DNA of 63,881 bases, the filler included, from Stramenopiles sp. TOSAG23-3 (lineage: Eukaryota): NCBI GenBank assembly GCA_900128585.1. It is 7 parts of 7 records of this genome, joined end to end, with 100 filler letters (N's around TTAATTAATTAA, not from the genome) between each part and the next. Parts side by side here need not be neighbours in the genome. Positions count along the whole stretch, not along the records: positions 62,147 to 63,881 come from LT645469.1; 6 more parts are not named here. One strand, written 5' to 3'. This document shows positions 63,629 through 63,881 of the stretch, one piece after another (position 1 is the stretch's first letter; each line of letters begins with the position of its first letter). A program made the translations under genes and the position numbers. Under the pieces are notes generated by a model that saw only the letters and a list, made by a program, of their open reading frames with translations, did no database searches and was not told the origin of the DNA.

Positions 63629-63881
63629 AAAATGATGTTGTGGTGAGTACTACCGGTATTATACCAGGTACCTTAGGTACCGGTACCGTAGTGAATAGAA
63701 GCAAGAAGAAGAAGAATGAGAAAGCGTTTAATATTATTAAGGTTTGGTAAAACAAACAAAATACTACTAAGAATCGAATCGATAATATAAAATAATTATA
63801 TATAATAATTAGTACTGTATGTAATCTGTATTATATATACTATCTTTGTAAACATTTACTCCTTAAATGGATTATCATGAT

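Noticed and set aside
1..63881. Alternative genetic code (stop-codon reassignment)
   Set aside because: TAA, TAG and TGA all terminate conserved genes at expected positions, and multi-kb ORFs contain no in-frame stops.

Overview
This is eukaryotic nuclear DNA read with the standard genetic code. It is not one locus: seven independent scaffolds (1-12027, 12128-24119, 24220-36158, 36259-48188, 48289-60211, 60312-62046, 62147-63881) are concatenated with artificial 100-nt N44-TTAATTAATTAA-N44 spacers, so gene order across the spacers means nothing. The genome is compact and intron-poor, with one well-supported 82-nt GT-AG intron. About 25 GC-richer coding regions are separated by very AT-rich, microsatellite-rich spacers. 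Recognisable genes: trehalose-6-P synthase/phosphatase, a BEACH/WD40 protein, DDX11/Chl1, a haloalkane-dehalogenase-like hydrolase, RIB43A, a GH29 fucosidase, a NACHT-like/IQ protein, a class I-like PI3K, a SHIPPO/ODF3 protein, a signal-peptide DnaJ, a class II HDAC, a cytohesin-type Arf-GEF, CCDC103, ornithine cyclodeaminase/mu-crystallin, a secreted EGF-repeat protein, a mitochondrial ferredoxin-like protein, two RNI-like LRR proteins and DPH7. The motile-cilium genes indicate a flagellated protist; a heterotrophic stramenopile (e.g. a MAST-type single-cell or metagenome assembly) is my inference, not proven. I saw no rRNA, tRNA, CRISPR, virus or intact transposon, and no demonstrable new multi-gene system. 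The best leads are single-gene oddities: (1) a haloalkane dehalogenase/Renilla-luciferase homologue whose catalytic Asp is replaced by Ser; (2) next to it, an F-box + ParB/sulfiredoxin-like fusion with a tail resembling a ribosomal P-stalk C-terminus; (3) a ferredoxin missing three of four Cys ligands; (4) a hairpin-rich candidate ncRNA; (5) several +1 frame discontinuities with 13-19-nt GT..AG candidates, which are more likely assembly errors than micro-introns.
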